This document shows, one piece after another, positions 12,050-23,195 of a stretch of 64,000 nucleotides of DNA. The first letter of the stretch is position 1. Each line of letters opens with the position of its first letter. The stretch spans positions 1,847 to 65,846 of the forward strand of contig JBIOUG010000142.1 of NCBI GenBank assembly GCA_044866775.1, given 5' to 3'. The notes under the pieces are model-generated. The model was not told the DNA's origin and ran no database searches. It saw nothing but the letters and a program-made list of their open reading frames with translations. Origin of the DNA: Thermoanaerobaculia bacterium. GTDB taxonomy: Bacteria > Acidobacteriota > Thermoanaerobaculia > Multivoradales > UBA5704. Both the position numbers and the translations under genes were made by a program.

Positions 12050-12300
12050 AGCTGATCTTCTCCGAGCAGGCCTGGGAGGACGATCTGTATTGGCAGAAGA
12101 CCGACCGTAAGGTCCTGGCAAGGATCAACACGCTCATTCAGGACATCCAGCGTGAGCCGTCGAGCGGGATCGGCAAACCGGAGCCTCTCAAGCACGGCTT
12201 TGCAGGGTACTGGTCGCGCCGCATCAACGACGAGCACAGGATCGTCTACCGAATCAAAGACGACTCCGTTCTCATCGCTCAGCTCCGCTATCACTACTAG
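12046..12300 (+). CDS. yoeB: YoeB/Txe family type II toxin (mRNA interferase)
   Basis: [20 protein letters not shown]...[28 protein letters not shown]...LRYHY is near-colinear with E. coli YoeB, including the terminal RYHY. Confidence 0.9.
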   Translation: MKLIFSEQAWEDDLYWQKTDRKVLARINTLIQDIQREPSSGIGKPEPLKHGFAGYWSRRINDEHRIVYRIKDDSVLIAQLRYHY

Positions 12301-12320
12301 CGGCCCGCCCCACAGCCGGA

Positions 12321-12347
12321 CGCCCGGCACATGGCCCGGGCGCTACG
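12321..12347 (+). repeat. REP-like element, degenerate copy A
   Basis: cgcccggcacatggcccgggcgctacg. Its CTA (12343..12345) is the TAG stop of the DtxR-family gene. Confidence 0.6.
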
Positions 12348-13011
12348 ACGCCGGCTCGACCAGGATCTTCGAGGCGGCGCGCAGGCCGAGCGAGAGGCGC
12401 TCGCCGCCGTCGAGCAGGTGCAGCTCGACGGCGTCGGCCGCCGGGTCGCGCGACTCGACCTGCAGCCGGCTCCCGGGCTTCAGCCCGCGCCGCTCGGCGA
12501 GCTGCAGGAAGTCGCGGCTCTGGTCCTCGATCCGCGCCACCCGCAGCGGCTGCCCGAGCGCGCAGTCGGCGAGGCTCGCCAGCACCGGCGCCTCGACGAC
12601 GCCGTGCGCGTCCGGGATCGGATCGCCGTGCGGGTCGGCGGAGGGGAACCCCAGCATCTCGTCCATGCGCTCGACCAGCCGGTCGGAGACCGCGTGCTCC
12701 ATGCGCTCGGCCTCGGCGTGGACCTCGCTCCAGTCCATCCCCATGACGTTGACCAGGAAGAGCTCGATCAGGCGGTGGCGGCGCAGGACGTGCGCGGCGA
12801 GCTGGCGGCCCGGCGGGGTGAGGAGGACGCCGCTGTAGGGCTCGTAGGCGAGGAGGCCGCTATCGGCCAGGGTCTTGACCATCGCCGTCACCGTGCCCGG
12901 CGAGACGCCGAGACCGGTCGCGATCTGTCCCATGGTCACCAGCGCGCCCGGCGCCCGCTGCTCCTCGAGCAGGATGCACTTCAGGTAGTCCTCGACGGTG
13001 CTGGTGGGCAT
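12343..13011 (-). CDS. DtxR/MntR-family metal-dependent transcriptional regulator (with C-terminal FeoA/SH3-like domain)
   Basis: STVEDYLKCILLEEQ...GTVTAMVKTLADSGLL...RRHRLIELFL...GMDWSEVHAEAERMEHAVS...DPHGDPIP. Confidence 0.9.
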   Translation of the reverse strand: MPTSTVEDYLKCILLEEQRAPGALVTMGQIATGLGVSPGTVTAMVKTLADSGLLAYEPYSGVLLTPPGRQLAAHVLRRHRLIELFLVNVMGMDWSEVHAEAERMEHAVSDRLVERMDEMLGFPSADPHGDPIPDAHGVVEAPVLASLADCALGQPLRVARIEDQSRDFLQLAERRGLKPGSRLQVESRDPAADAVELHLLDGGERLSLGLRAASKILVEPAS

Positions 13012-13093
13012 CCGGCCGCCAAGCGTAGCGCAGTCGCCGCGCGCGCGCCGGGAGCGAGAGCGCAGAGCCGGTGAGAGACCCGGGCGTGCGTCC

Positions 13094-13125
13094 GAAAACG
13101 CCCGGGACGTGGCCCGGGCGCTACG
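13094..13125 (+). repeat. REP-like element copy B (gaaaacgcccgggacgtggcccgggcgctacg)
   Basis: 8-bp stem CGCCCGGG/CCCGGGCG with loop ACGTGG. Its CTA (13121..13123) is the TAG stop of lanB. Confidence 0.85.
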
Positions 13126-16100
13126 GGGCGGTCACCGCCAGGCGCTCGGCGGGAGCTGCGGTCGTCTTCGCGGCGGCCCCGGCCTTGCGGGCGCGCGCCT
13201 GCTGCGAGCGGTAGAGCTGGACCAGGAAGTCGTAGAGCACCATCTCGTGCTCGGGTCCGGCCGAGCGGCTGAGCCGGTTGACGAACATGTGGACGTAGCT
13301 CGGCACGATCTCGGCGAGCTGCGGCCGCAGCCGGCCGCGGCGATCGCGGGCGTGGAGCTCGGCGACGACCGGCGCCAGCGCCGCCGAGCGCCGGGCCAGG
13401 GCGGCGAGCCCGGGCTGGGCCTCCTCCGGCATCCCCTCGCGGCCGGCGAGGAGGCGCTCGAGCGCCGCGCGCAGCGGCCGCAGCCGGTCGGCCACCGGCT
13501 CGCGCAACGCCTCGTGGCGCCAGCGCCCGGCGACGCCGGCGCGGCCCCGCTCCGCCAGCCGCTGCTTGGCTTCGAGGTCGTAGCCGAGGTCGTCGAGCAG
13601 GCGATCCATGCCGGCGAGGATCAGGCGCCAGCGCAGGTCGGCACCGGCGTCGCTGGTGAGCGACTCGAGCATGGCGACCACCGCCTCGCTGTCATGGAAG
13701 AAGAGCTCCTCCGCCAGCTCGATGCCGCCGTCGCCGCCGTAGCGCTCGACCTCGCGCTCGTAGGTGTCGAGCTGGCATTTCCAGGCCGAGCCGGCGTCGA
13801 GCAGCCGGGCGAAGGCGTCCTCGAGCAGCGGCTGCACCTCCGCGCGCAGCCGCTCGGGGGCGCCGCGGAAGCGCACCCGCAGGTGCCAGTGCGGATCGCT
13901 GAAGCGGATGAAGAACCAGCCGTCGGCGGCGCCGGCCGCGAGCGCCCGGCGGGCGAGCGGCCCGATCTCGTCGCGCAGCACCTGGTCGGCGGTCGCGGTG
14001 CCGGCGTAGAGCTTGGCGTAGAGCCAGGCGGAGCCGGGCGGGAAGGTCCGCGCCGGCGCCGCGCCGGGCTCGGCGCGTGCCGCGGGCGGCGGGACCTCGA
14101 CCAGCGAAAGCTCGGCTCGCGGCGCGGCGACTTCCGCGGCCGGCCGCCGCACGAACGGCACGACGATCTCGTGAAAGAACCGCCCCTCGGGCCCTTCGGC
14201 GCACAGCTCGTCGGGCGTCGGATAGAGCTCGGTGAGCACGACCTCCTCGCGGCTCTTGACCAGGTCGACCACGGCGTCGAGAGAGAGCGGGTTCGCGAAG
14301 TCGAGCAGCAGCTCGTTGTCGCCGTCGACGAGGGCGACGAAGCGCGGCATCCGCCGCTCGCGCCGCCACTGCTGCGCCAGCCGGTAGCGCGCGGCGCCGG
14401 TCGCCTTGGCCAGCGGCTCGAGGTCGCTCTTGAGCAGCAGCCAACGCGCACGCGAGAGCACCAGCCGTCCCGTCACCACGCGCGGCAGGAACGGCGCCGC
14501 CGCGAGAGCGCCCCAGCTCCAGGTCGCGCCCCCCATGCGCCCTTGGCCCTGGAGCGAGGCGAGGAAGCGATAGAGGCCGAGGCTCTCGCGGGCGGTGTTG
14601 TGGGCGTTGGTCAAGCGCGGGACGACCTCGCGCCCGAGGCGCCGCGAGCGCAGGCGGATGCGCTCGCCGAGCACGGTGACCAGCAGGTCGTCGGCCGGGA
14701 TCTGGCCCTCCGGCGGCACTCCGGAGCGGCCGAGGAAGGGGATCTCGTAGCGGCGCAGCAGCGGCCGGGCGAGGATGTTGCCGATGCGGCCCTCGGGCAG
14801 GTGCACGATCTCGGCGAAGACGGCGTCCGGCGCCAGCGCCTCCTCCGCCGCCAGGTGCGCCTCGACCCCGGCGCGCAGCTCCTCGTCGATGTGGCAGAAG
14901 CGGCCGAGGATGCGCGCCCCCGAGGGTCCGGCGGCGTGCTCGACGATGAGCCGGAAGTCCCCCCGCTCGAGCGCCTCGGGCGAGCCGGCGACGAGCGTCG
15001 CCATGGCGTGGAAGGCGTCGGGTAAGGGTGGCCGCTCGGGGATCTCCAGCCGCTCGAGGTCGCCGTCGCCGAGCGCCATCTCGGTCTTACCGCTGCCGAG
15101 CGTCTCGGCGAGGAGCCGCAGCAGGATCGCCTCGCGGCGGGCCCAGGCGGTCGTCGGGCGCTCGACGCGGGGCCGGAAGACGAGGCCCGAGAGCAGCGGC
15201 GAGGCCTCCGCCGCCGCCTGGTTTGAGCGCTCGTAGCCGATCCCGCTCTCCTCATCCAGGGCGGCGAGCAGCGGCACCTCCCGCCCCTCGCCGTAGCGGT
15301 CGCGGAAGGTATTGCGGAAGTCCTCGAGCGGGCCGCCTCCCCAGGCCGCGGCGACGCGGTGCAGGATCTCGACGCCGCGCAGGATCTCGGCGGCGACGGC
15401 CTGGTCGACGGCGACCTCGCGCGCCGGCTTGACCAGGTCGACCTGGAAGAGGCGCGACATCTCGACCGGCACGCCCAGCGGCTCGAGCGCGCGGGCGATC
15501 TCGCCGTAGCGCGCGGCGGGCGAGCCGAGGCCGCCGGCGTCGATCTCCGCCAGCGCGCGCTCGGCGCCCGCCAGGCGCTCCGCGGCCGCGGCGGCCGGGG
15601 GCAGCTCGGCGAGCTGGCGCAGGAGCCCCGGGGTGCTCTCCTCGCCGGTCACCGGCAGGGCGAGCTCGGGGAGCAGGATCTGATTGTCCACGAGGTCGTG
15701 GAGGAAGGCCTCGGCGTCGTCGAGGGTGATCTCGCCTTCGGGATCGTCGGCGACCAGCGCCGCGGCGAGGTCGCGCAGCCGGGCGCCGCCGGCGGCGCGC
15801 TCGAGGGTGCTCGCCAGGGCGTCGAAGGCGTCGACGGCGACCAGGTGGTAGGTGCGCAGGCGTCCGGCCAGGCGCGCCTCGGCGTAGCGCAGCCGCCCGG
15901 CGGCCGCGTGGAGACTCGAGTTCGGACGGAAGAGGATCTCGGTGCGCACCGCGGCGTCGCGCGTCAGGTGGTCGCAGAGCGCGAAGAGGTAGTCCATGTC
16001 GAGGCGGCTGTGCCGGCGATAGGCCCGGCGCTCGGCGACCGCGAGCCGCCGGCCGTCGCCGACCGTGCCGGCCGTGCAGCCGGAGAAGAGACCGAAGGGA

Positions 16101-16441
16101 GTCGGCCGCGAGGCCATGCGCAGGAAGTAGCGCACCAGGCCGTGCTCGGTCCGCGCGCCCTTCTTGCCCTCGGGCTCGCGGTGCCAGTGACCGAGGCTCT
16201 GCACGAGGTCCGGCGAGGCGAGGAAGATCGCCTCGGCGATCTCGGGCCGCTCGAGCAGCGCGCGCAGGCGCTCGCGGAGGAGAGCGCGGTCGCGGGCAAG
16301 CGCCGCGGCCAAGGCGGCCTCGTCGTCCCCGGCCTCGGGGGCCAGCAGGTCCGCGCTCCAGGCCTCGATCTCCTCGAAGGGGAGGAGCGGTGTGCGCAGC
16401 ACGAGGACGCCGGAGGCGGCGTAGTCCTGGTCGAGGCTCAT
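13121..16441 (-). CDS. lanB: class I lanthipeptide dehydratase LanB (full length, N-terminal glutamylation + C-terminal elimination domains)
   Basis: LVLRTPLLPFEE, FLASPDL, YFLRMASRPTPFGLFSG (Lant_dehydr_N) and WFFIRFSDPHWHLRVRF (SpaB_C/Lant_dehydr_C). 1106 aa. The ATG at 16441 overlaps the lanC stop (ATGA). Confidence 0.92.
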   Translation of the reverse strand: MSLDQDYAASGVLVLRTPLLPFEEIEAWSADLLAPEAGDDEAALAAALARDRALLRERLRALLERPEIAEAIFLASPDLVQSLGHWHREPEGKKGARTEHGLVRYFLRMASRPTPFGLFSGCTAGTVGDGRRLAVAERRAYRRHSRLDMDYLFALCDHLTRDAAVRTEILFRPNSSLHAAAGRLRYAEARLAGRLRTYHLVAVDAFDALASTLERAAGGARLRDLAAALVADDPEGEITLDDAEAFLHDLVDNQILLPELALPVTGEESTPGLLRQLAELPPAAAAAERLAGAERALAEIDAGGLGSPAARYGEIARALEPLGVPVEMSRLFQVDLVKPAREVAVDQAVAAEILRGVEILHRVAAAWGGGPLEDFRNTFRDRYGEGREVPLLAALDEESGIGYERSNQAAAEASPLLSGLVFRPRVERPTTAWARREAILLRLLAETLGSGKTEMALGDGDLERLEIPERPPLPDAFHAMATLVAGSPEALERGDFRLIVEHAAGPSGARILGRFCHIDEELRAGVEAHLAAEEALAPDAVFAEIVHLPEGRIGNILARPLLRRYEIPFLGRSGVPPEGQIPADDLLVTVLGERIRLRSRRLGREVVPRLTNAHNTARESLGLYRFLASLQGQGRMGGATWSWGALAAAPFLPRVVTGRLVLSRARWLLLKSDLEPLAKATGAARYRLAQQWRRERRMPRFVALVDGDNELLLDFANPLSLDAVVDLVKSREEVVLTELYPTPDELCAEGPEGRFFHEIVVPFVRRPAAEVAAPRAELSLVEVPPPAARAEPGAAPARTFPPGSAWLYAKLYAGTATADQVLRDEIGPLARRALAAGAADGWFFIRFSDPHWHLRVRFRGAPERLRAEVQPLLEDAFARLLDAGSAWKCQLDTYEREVERYGGDGGIELAEELFFHDSEAVVAMLESLTSDAGADLRWRLILAGMDRLLDDLGYDLEAKQRLAERGRAGVAGRWRHEALREPVADRLRPLRAALERLLAGREGMPEEAQPGLAALARRSAALAPVVAELHARDRRGRLRPQLAEIVPSYVHMFVNRLSRSAGPEHEMVLYDFLVQLYRSQQARARKAGAAAKTTAAPAERLAVTAP

Positions 16442-17697
16442 CGCGCGCCGTTCCCGCTCGACAGCAGCATCACCCGATCCCACGCCGGCTCGACGTCGCT
16501 CACCGCCGCGAGCAGCGCCAGCCCGACGCCGGCCGCGCCGTTCAAGAAGCTGGGGTCGGCCCGCCAGGCGTCGCCGTTGACCGCGTCGCTGATCCAGTTG
16601 AGGTACCCCGCGATGCCCTGCCCCGGGCGCCGGATCGCCAGCGTGTGCTCGAGCCACTCGAGAGCGGCCGCCTTGAGCAGCGGATCGCCGGTCGCGTGGT
16701 GGAGGCGCAGGAACATGTGACTGATGCCGGCGGTGCCGTGGCAGAGACAGGCGTCGACGACCCGTCCGGCCTGGGGCGTCCGCCCCGCCGCGAGATGGGC
16801 GAGGGCGATGGCCTCGCGCTCCCACTCCGGGCGGTCGAAGCTGCGCGCCGCCGCGAGCAGGACGGCGGCGATGCCGAGATCGCCGTAGCACCAGCCGGTG
16901 CGCGACGGCACGGGCTCGGCGTCGGGGATGAGGAAGGCGGGAAACACGGAGTCGCCGCCCGCGGGCAGCCGCTGGGCGAAGAGCCAGCGCACGGCGCCGT
17001 CGGCCAAGCGCGGGAGGCGCGGGTCGTTGACGCCGGCGCGCTGCGCGGCGGCGAGGAAGCCGAGGACGCCGGGGATGCCGTGGGCGACGCCGAGGTTGTA
17101 GCAGCCGTTCCGGAACTGCGGCCGGCGCAGCGAGATCCATTCCGGGATGGTCCACCAGGTACACCCGGCCGCGGTCTCCTGGACCGTCGCCTCGAGGTGG
17201 TCGACGACGCAGGTCAGCAGCTCGCGGGCGTCCGGATGCGGCAGCCGCTCGAGCAGGTAGATGCCGAAGCCCGCGACGCCGCGGACGATCTCGAACGGCA
17301 TGATCGCGCGCCGGTTGGCGAGGAAGGCGCGAAGCGCCGCGTCGATCTCGGTCATGTCGTCGTCGCCGCCGAAGAACTCGCGGGTCAGGTGCGTGCTGAC
17401 CCAGCCGACGCCGCAGAACCCGCTGTAGAGCGACGGCTCGAGCGGAGCGTCGGCCATGGCCTCGATGGCGTCGCCCAGGATGTCGAGCGCGCGCTCGGCG
17501 GCGCCCGCATCGGGCCGTGCCGCCTCGAGGTAGGCGAAGAACAGCGCCAGCCCCATCTTGCCGCCGGAGAGCATCGGGTCCGCCAGGTTGACGTCGGGCA
17601 CGACGGAGGCCACGTCGCCGGCGAGGGCGCGCTCGATCTCCTCGATCGAGGCCCAGGCGCGGCGGCTGGTGTCGGCGTCGGTGATCGGTTGCCACAT
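16438..17697 (-). CDS. lanC: lanthionine cyclase LanC
   Basis: GVAHGIPG, GWCYGDLG and CLCHGTAG are the LanC zinc-ligand and acid/base motifs. ATG at 17697 is preferred (GAGGTGA 6 nt upstream); the track starts at GTG 17706. Confidence 0.92.
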   Translation of the reverse strand: MWQPITDADTSRRAWASIEEIERALAGDVASVVPDVNLADPMLSGGKMGLALFFAYLEAARPDAGAAERALDILGDAIEAMADAPLEPSLYSGFCGVGWVSTHLTREFFGGDDDMTEIDAALRAFLANRRAIMPFEIVRGVAGFGIYLLERLPHPDARELLTCVVDHLEATVQETAAGCTWWTIPEWISLRRPQFRNGCYNLGVAHGIPGVLGFLAAAQRAGVNDPRLPRLADGAVRWLFAQRLPAGGDSVFPAFLIPDAEPVPSRTGWCYGDLGIAAVLLAAARSFDRPEWEREAIALAHLAAGRTPQAGRVVDACLCHGTAGISHMFLRLHHATGDPLLKAAALEWLEHTLAIRRPGQGIAGYLNWISDAVNGDAWRADPSFLNGAAGVGLALLAAVSDVEPAWDRVMLLSSGNGAR

Positions 17698-17723
17698 CGG
17701 TCTCACCTCGAAATTTACGGAGT

Positions 17724-17765
17724 GCCGGCCGGGGCCGCACGGAGCTCGCGGCGGTCCCGGCCGGC
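17724..17765 (-). promoter_or_regulatory. strong intercistronic stem-loop between lanA and lanC
   Basis: GCCGGCCGGG+GCCGC / GCGGC+(ggt bulge)+CCCGGCCGGC gives 15 bp of stem with a 9-nt loop. On the mRNA it is followed by ACUCCGUAAAUUU (weak U tract). Confidence 0.55.
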
Positions 17766-17817
17766 GGAACGCTTCAGGAGAGCTCGCCCGAGCTCAGGCG
17801 GGCTCCCCCGGATCGGC

Positions 17818-18018
17818 TCAGCAGCAGTTGGAACAGTCGGTCGTGTAGCCGGTGCAGCTGTCCGTCGCGCAGTGACACTCGCTGGCGTAGGTACAGCCGC
17901 TGGTGGTGCCGCAGCAGGTGGTGGTCGCGCCGCCGACCGCCGCCGCGAGCTCGCGCTCGGACAGGTTGCGGAGCGTCTCCTTGCTGAGGCTGAGCCTTCT
18001 GCCGATCTGCTTCTTCAT
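17818..18018 (-). CDS. lanA: lanthipeptide precursor LanA (30-aa GG leader + 36-aa Cys/Ser/Thr-rich core)
   Basis: MKKQIGRRLSLSKETLRNLSERELAAAVGG | ATTTCCGTTSGCTYASECHCATDSCTGYTTDCSNCC. SD AAGGAG lies 6 nt before the ATG, and the gene sits between lanT and lanC. Confidence 0.88.
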   Translation of the reverse strand: MKKQIGRRLSLSKETLRNLSERELAAAVGGATTTCCGTTSGCTYASECHCATDSCTGYTTDCSNCC

Positions 18019-18163
18019 CTACATCTCCTTTGGACTGCGGTTGGGCGGTGCCTGCCGCCGGCTCGGACCCGGCGCTCTCCCTGTCCCCGCGCGGACTGGA
18101 GCAGGAGATCGCTCGGCCGGAGCTGGAGCGGCGCATGCACCGCGGTTGACCGGAGGCGGGCGC

Positions 18164-21472
<3,309 letters not shown>

Positions 21473-21562
21473 GGAACTCCGTTGAGATCGACGAACAGGA
21501 TCGTTTCACGTTATCGACATATACGCACGTCACGAGCTTCGCGTCCAAGCCCGCCGGCTGCC

Positions 21563-21576
21563 TGCCGGCGCCGGCA
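21563..21576 (-). terminator. GC palindrome between the MBL hydrolase gene and lanT
   Basis: TGCCGGC|GCCGGCA is a perfect 14-bp palindrome ~110 nt after the upstream stop. No clear U tract. Confidence 0.3.
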
Positions 21577-21683
21577 AGCGGCTCCATTGCGAAGATGCGC
21601 GAAATGGGGGCTGAAATCTGTCAGGCGCCGGCAACTTGGGGTGGCGAGCCGAGAGTCGAAGGCGGGCGCGAGGCCCGGCGCGC

Positions 21684-22397
21684 TCAGTAGCTCTCGCCGG
21701 GCCGAAGCGCCACGACCTCGCAGCGCACGCCGAGGTCCTCGAGCGCCGTCTCGAGCTGCTGCGGGGTGCCGGTCAGGGCCGGGAAGGTGCCCCAGTGGAT
21801 GGGGATGACCTTGCGCACGCCGAGATAGCGGCAGGCGCGCGCCCCCTGGTGCGGGTCCATCGTGTAGAGGTCGCCGATCGGCAGGAAGGCCAGCTCGGGG
21901 CGGTAGAGCTCGCAGATGAGCTGCATGTCGGAGAAGAGCGCGGTGTCGCCGGAATGGTAGAAGGTGAAGCCGCCGGGGAGGCGCACGACGTACCCGGCCG
22001 CCTGGCCGCCGTAGAGGATCTGGTCGCCGTCCTGGATGCCGCAGGAGTGGTCGGCACGCACCATCGTCACCTGCAGGCCGAGCACCTCCTGCGTGCCGCC
22101 GAGGTTCATGCCGGAGCAGTTCTCGACGCCTTTGCTCTCGAGCCAGGCGCAGCACTCGAAGCAGGCGACCACGCGGCGCGGCCGGTGACGCTTGGCGAGC
22201 TCGACGGCGTCGCCGATGTGGTCGAAGTGGGCGTGCGTGACGAGGATCGCGTCGAGGCGGGGGAGCTGCCGCCAGCGCTCGGGGCAGGTCGGGCTCTGGA
22301 GCCAGGGGTCGATGAGCAGGATCTCGCCCCCCGGCAGCTCGCAGTGGACCGTGGCGTGGCCGAGCCAGGTGAACTTCGGTCGCGGATGCTGGTTCAT
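21684..22397 (-). CDS. metal-dependent hydrolase, MBL fold (UPF0173-like)
   Basis: KFTWLGHATV...DAILVTHAHFDHIGD...FYHSGDTALF...IPIHWGTFP. Confidence 0.8.
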   Translation of the reverse strand: MNQHPRPKFTWLGHATVHCELPGGEILLIDPWLQSPTCPERWRQLPRLDAILVTHAHFDHIGDAVELAKRHRPRRVVACFECCAWLESKGVENCSGMNLGGTQEVLGLQVTMVRADHSCGIQDGDQILYGGQAAGYVVRLPGGFTFYHSGDTALFSDMQLICELYRPELAFLPIGDLYTMDPHQGARACRYLGVRKVIPIHWGTFPALTGTPQQLETALEDLGVRCEVVALRPGESY

Positions 22398-22503
22398 CGC
22401 GGGTCCCCTGTTGCGCGCGTGGACCGCGATCATACTCGCCCCAAACGCGAGCGGCCGGGGTTGCCCCCGGCCGCGGCGGACTACGTCAGGGAACGGCTGG
22501 TTC

Positions 22504-22851
22504 TCAGATGTTGAACTGGCGCAAGAAGTTCTCGCGCAGCTTCTGGTTGAACTGATGGTCCGTCAGCCGGTAGTAGATGGTCTGCGCGTCACGCCGCGGC
22601 GCCACGAGGCCGTAGGCCTTGAGCTTCGCGAGGTGCTGGGAGACGGCGGAGACGGAGACTCCGAGCATCTCGGCCAGGTCGCAGACGCACAGCTCTTTCA
22701 TGTTCTCGAGCAGATAGAGGAGCTTGAGCCGGGTGGAGTTCCCGGCCAGGTTCATCAGCTCCGCCGCTTCCTCGATGTCCGGTGTGCCCTCGAGCTGGGC
22801 ACGCATGTGGGCCATCTCCTTCTGGGTCATGGTGGGCGCCTCGCCTTTCAT
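22504..22851 (-). CDS. ArsR/SmtB-family metalloregulator
   Basis: TRLKLLYLLENMKELCVCDLAEMLGVSVSAVSQHLAKLKAYGLV is a wHTH with the ELCVCDL metal(loid)-sensing motif. Confidence 0.85.
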   Translation of the reverse strand: MKGEAPTMTQKEMAHMRAQLEGTPDIEEAAELMNLAGNSTRLKLLYLLENMKELCVCDLAEMLGVSVSAVSQHLAKLKAYGLVAPRRDAQTIYYRLTDHQFNQKLRENFLRQFNI

Positions 22852-22929
22852 CGCATCTGCCTCCAGTAGTTGAGGTTAGAGCCTCGAATGCAGCCTCTCC
22901 GGGACCGACCCGGGAGGAATTGCAGCCTC

Positions 22930-22943
22930 ACTTCATATGAAGT
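22930..22943. promoter_or_regulatory. perfect 14-bp palindrome, candidate ArsR/SmtB operator
   Basis: ACTTCAT|ATGAAGT lies ~80 nt upstream of the arsR-like ATG in a locally AT-richer divergent intergenic region. Confidence 0.4.
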
Positions 22944-23086
22944 TGTCCCGCAAACCACGGTCGAAGGCACCTTATAACATACCTCCGGCGCAATTTCATC
23001 CTTCCAGCAAGCAGACTCGTGCTGGAGTTGGCGGTGACTTGGCCGCCCCCACCTATAATGCCAGGCGGCCGCAGCACGCGGCAGTC

Positions 23087-23158
23087 GTCCCCCTCTCCCA
23101 TGTGGGAGAGGGGCCAGGGGTGAGGAGATCGGATCAACGCAGTAAAGGTAGACGCAGC
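23087..23158 (+). repeat. ~70-bp hairpin repeat (family 2), copy 1
   Basis: gtccccctctcccatgtgggagaggggccaggggtgaggagatcggatcaacgcagtaaag contains the hairpin CCCCTCTCCCA/TGGGAGAGGGG. Confidence 0.8.
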
Positions 23159-23195
23159 TCCGACCCTCTCCCAAACCCCCTCCGAGGAGATGCCA

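Noticed and set aside
16442-17740. N-terminal 433 aa of the 1539-aa track ORF 13121..17740
   Set aside because: This part overlaps the well-supported lanC gene in another frame and is Arg/Pro-rich nonsense. LanB homology begins at the ATG at 16441 (MSLDQDY...), which overlaps the lanC stop.
22937-23090. Possible tRNA-Sec (selC) or other small RNA in the AT-richer spacer next to the selenoprotein gene
   Set aside because: I could not fold a cloverleaf. The TTCA in ACTTCATATGAAGT sits in a perfect palindrome with a 2-nt centre, not in a 7-nt anticodon loop, and no acceptor or T-arm pairing is seen.
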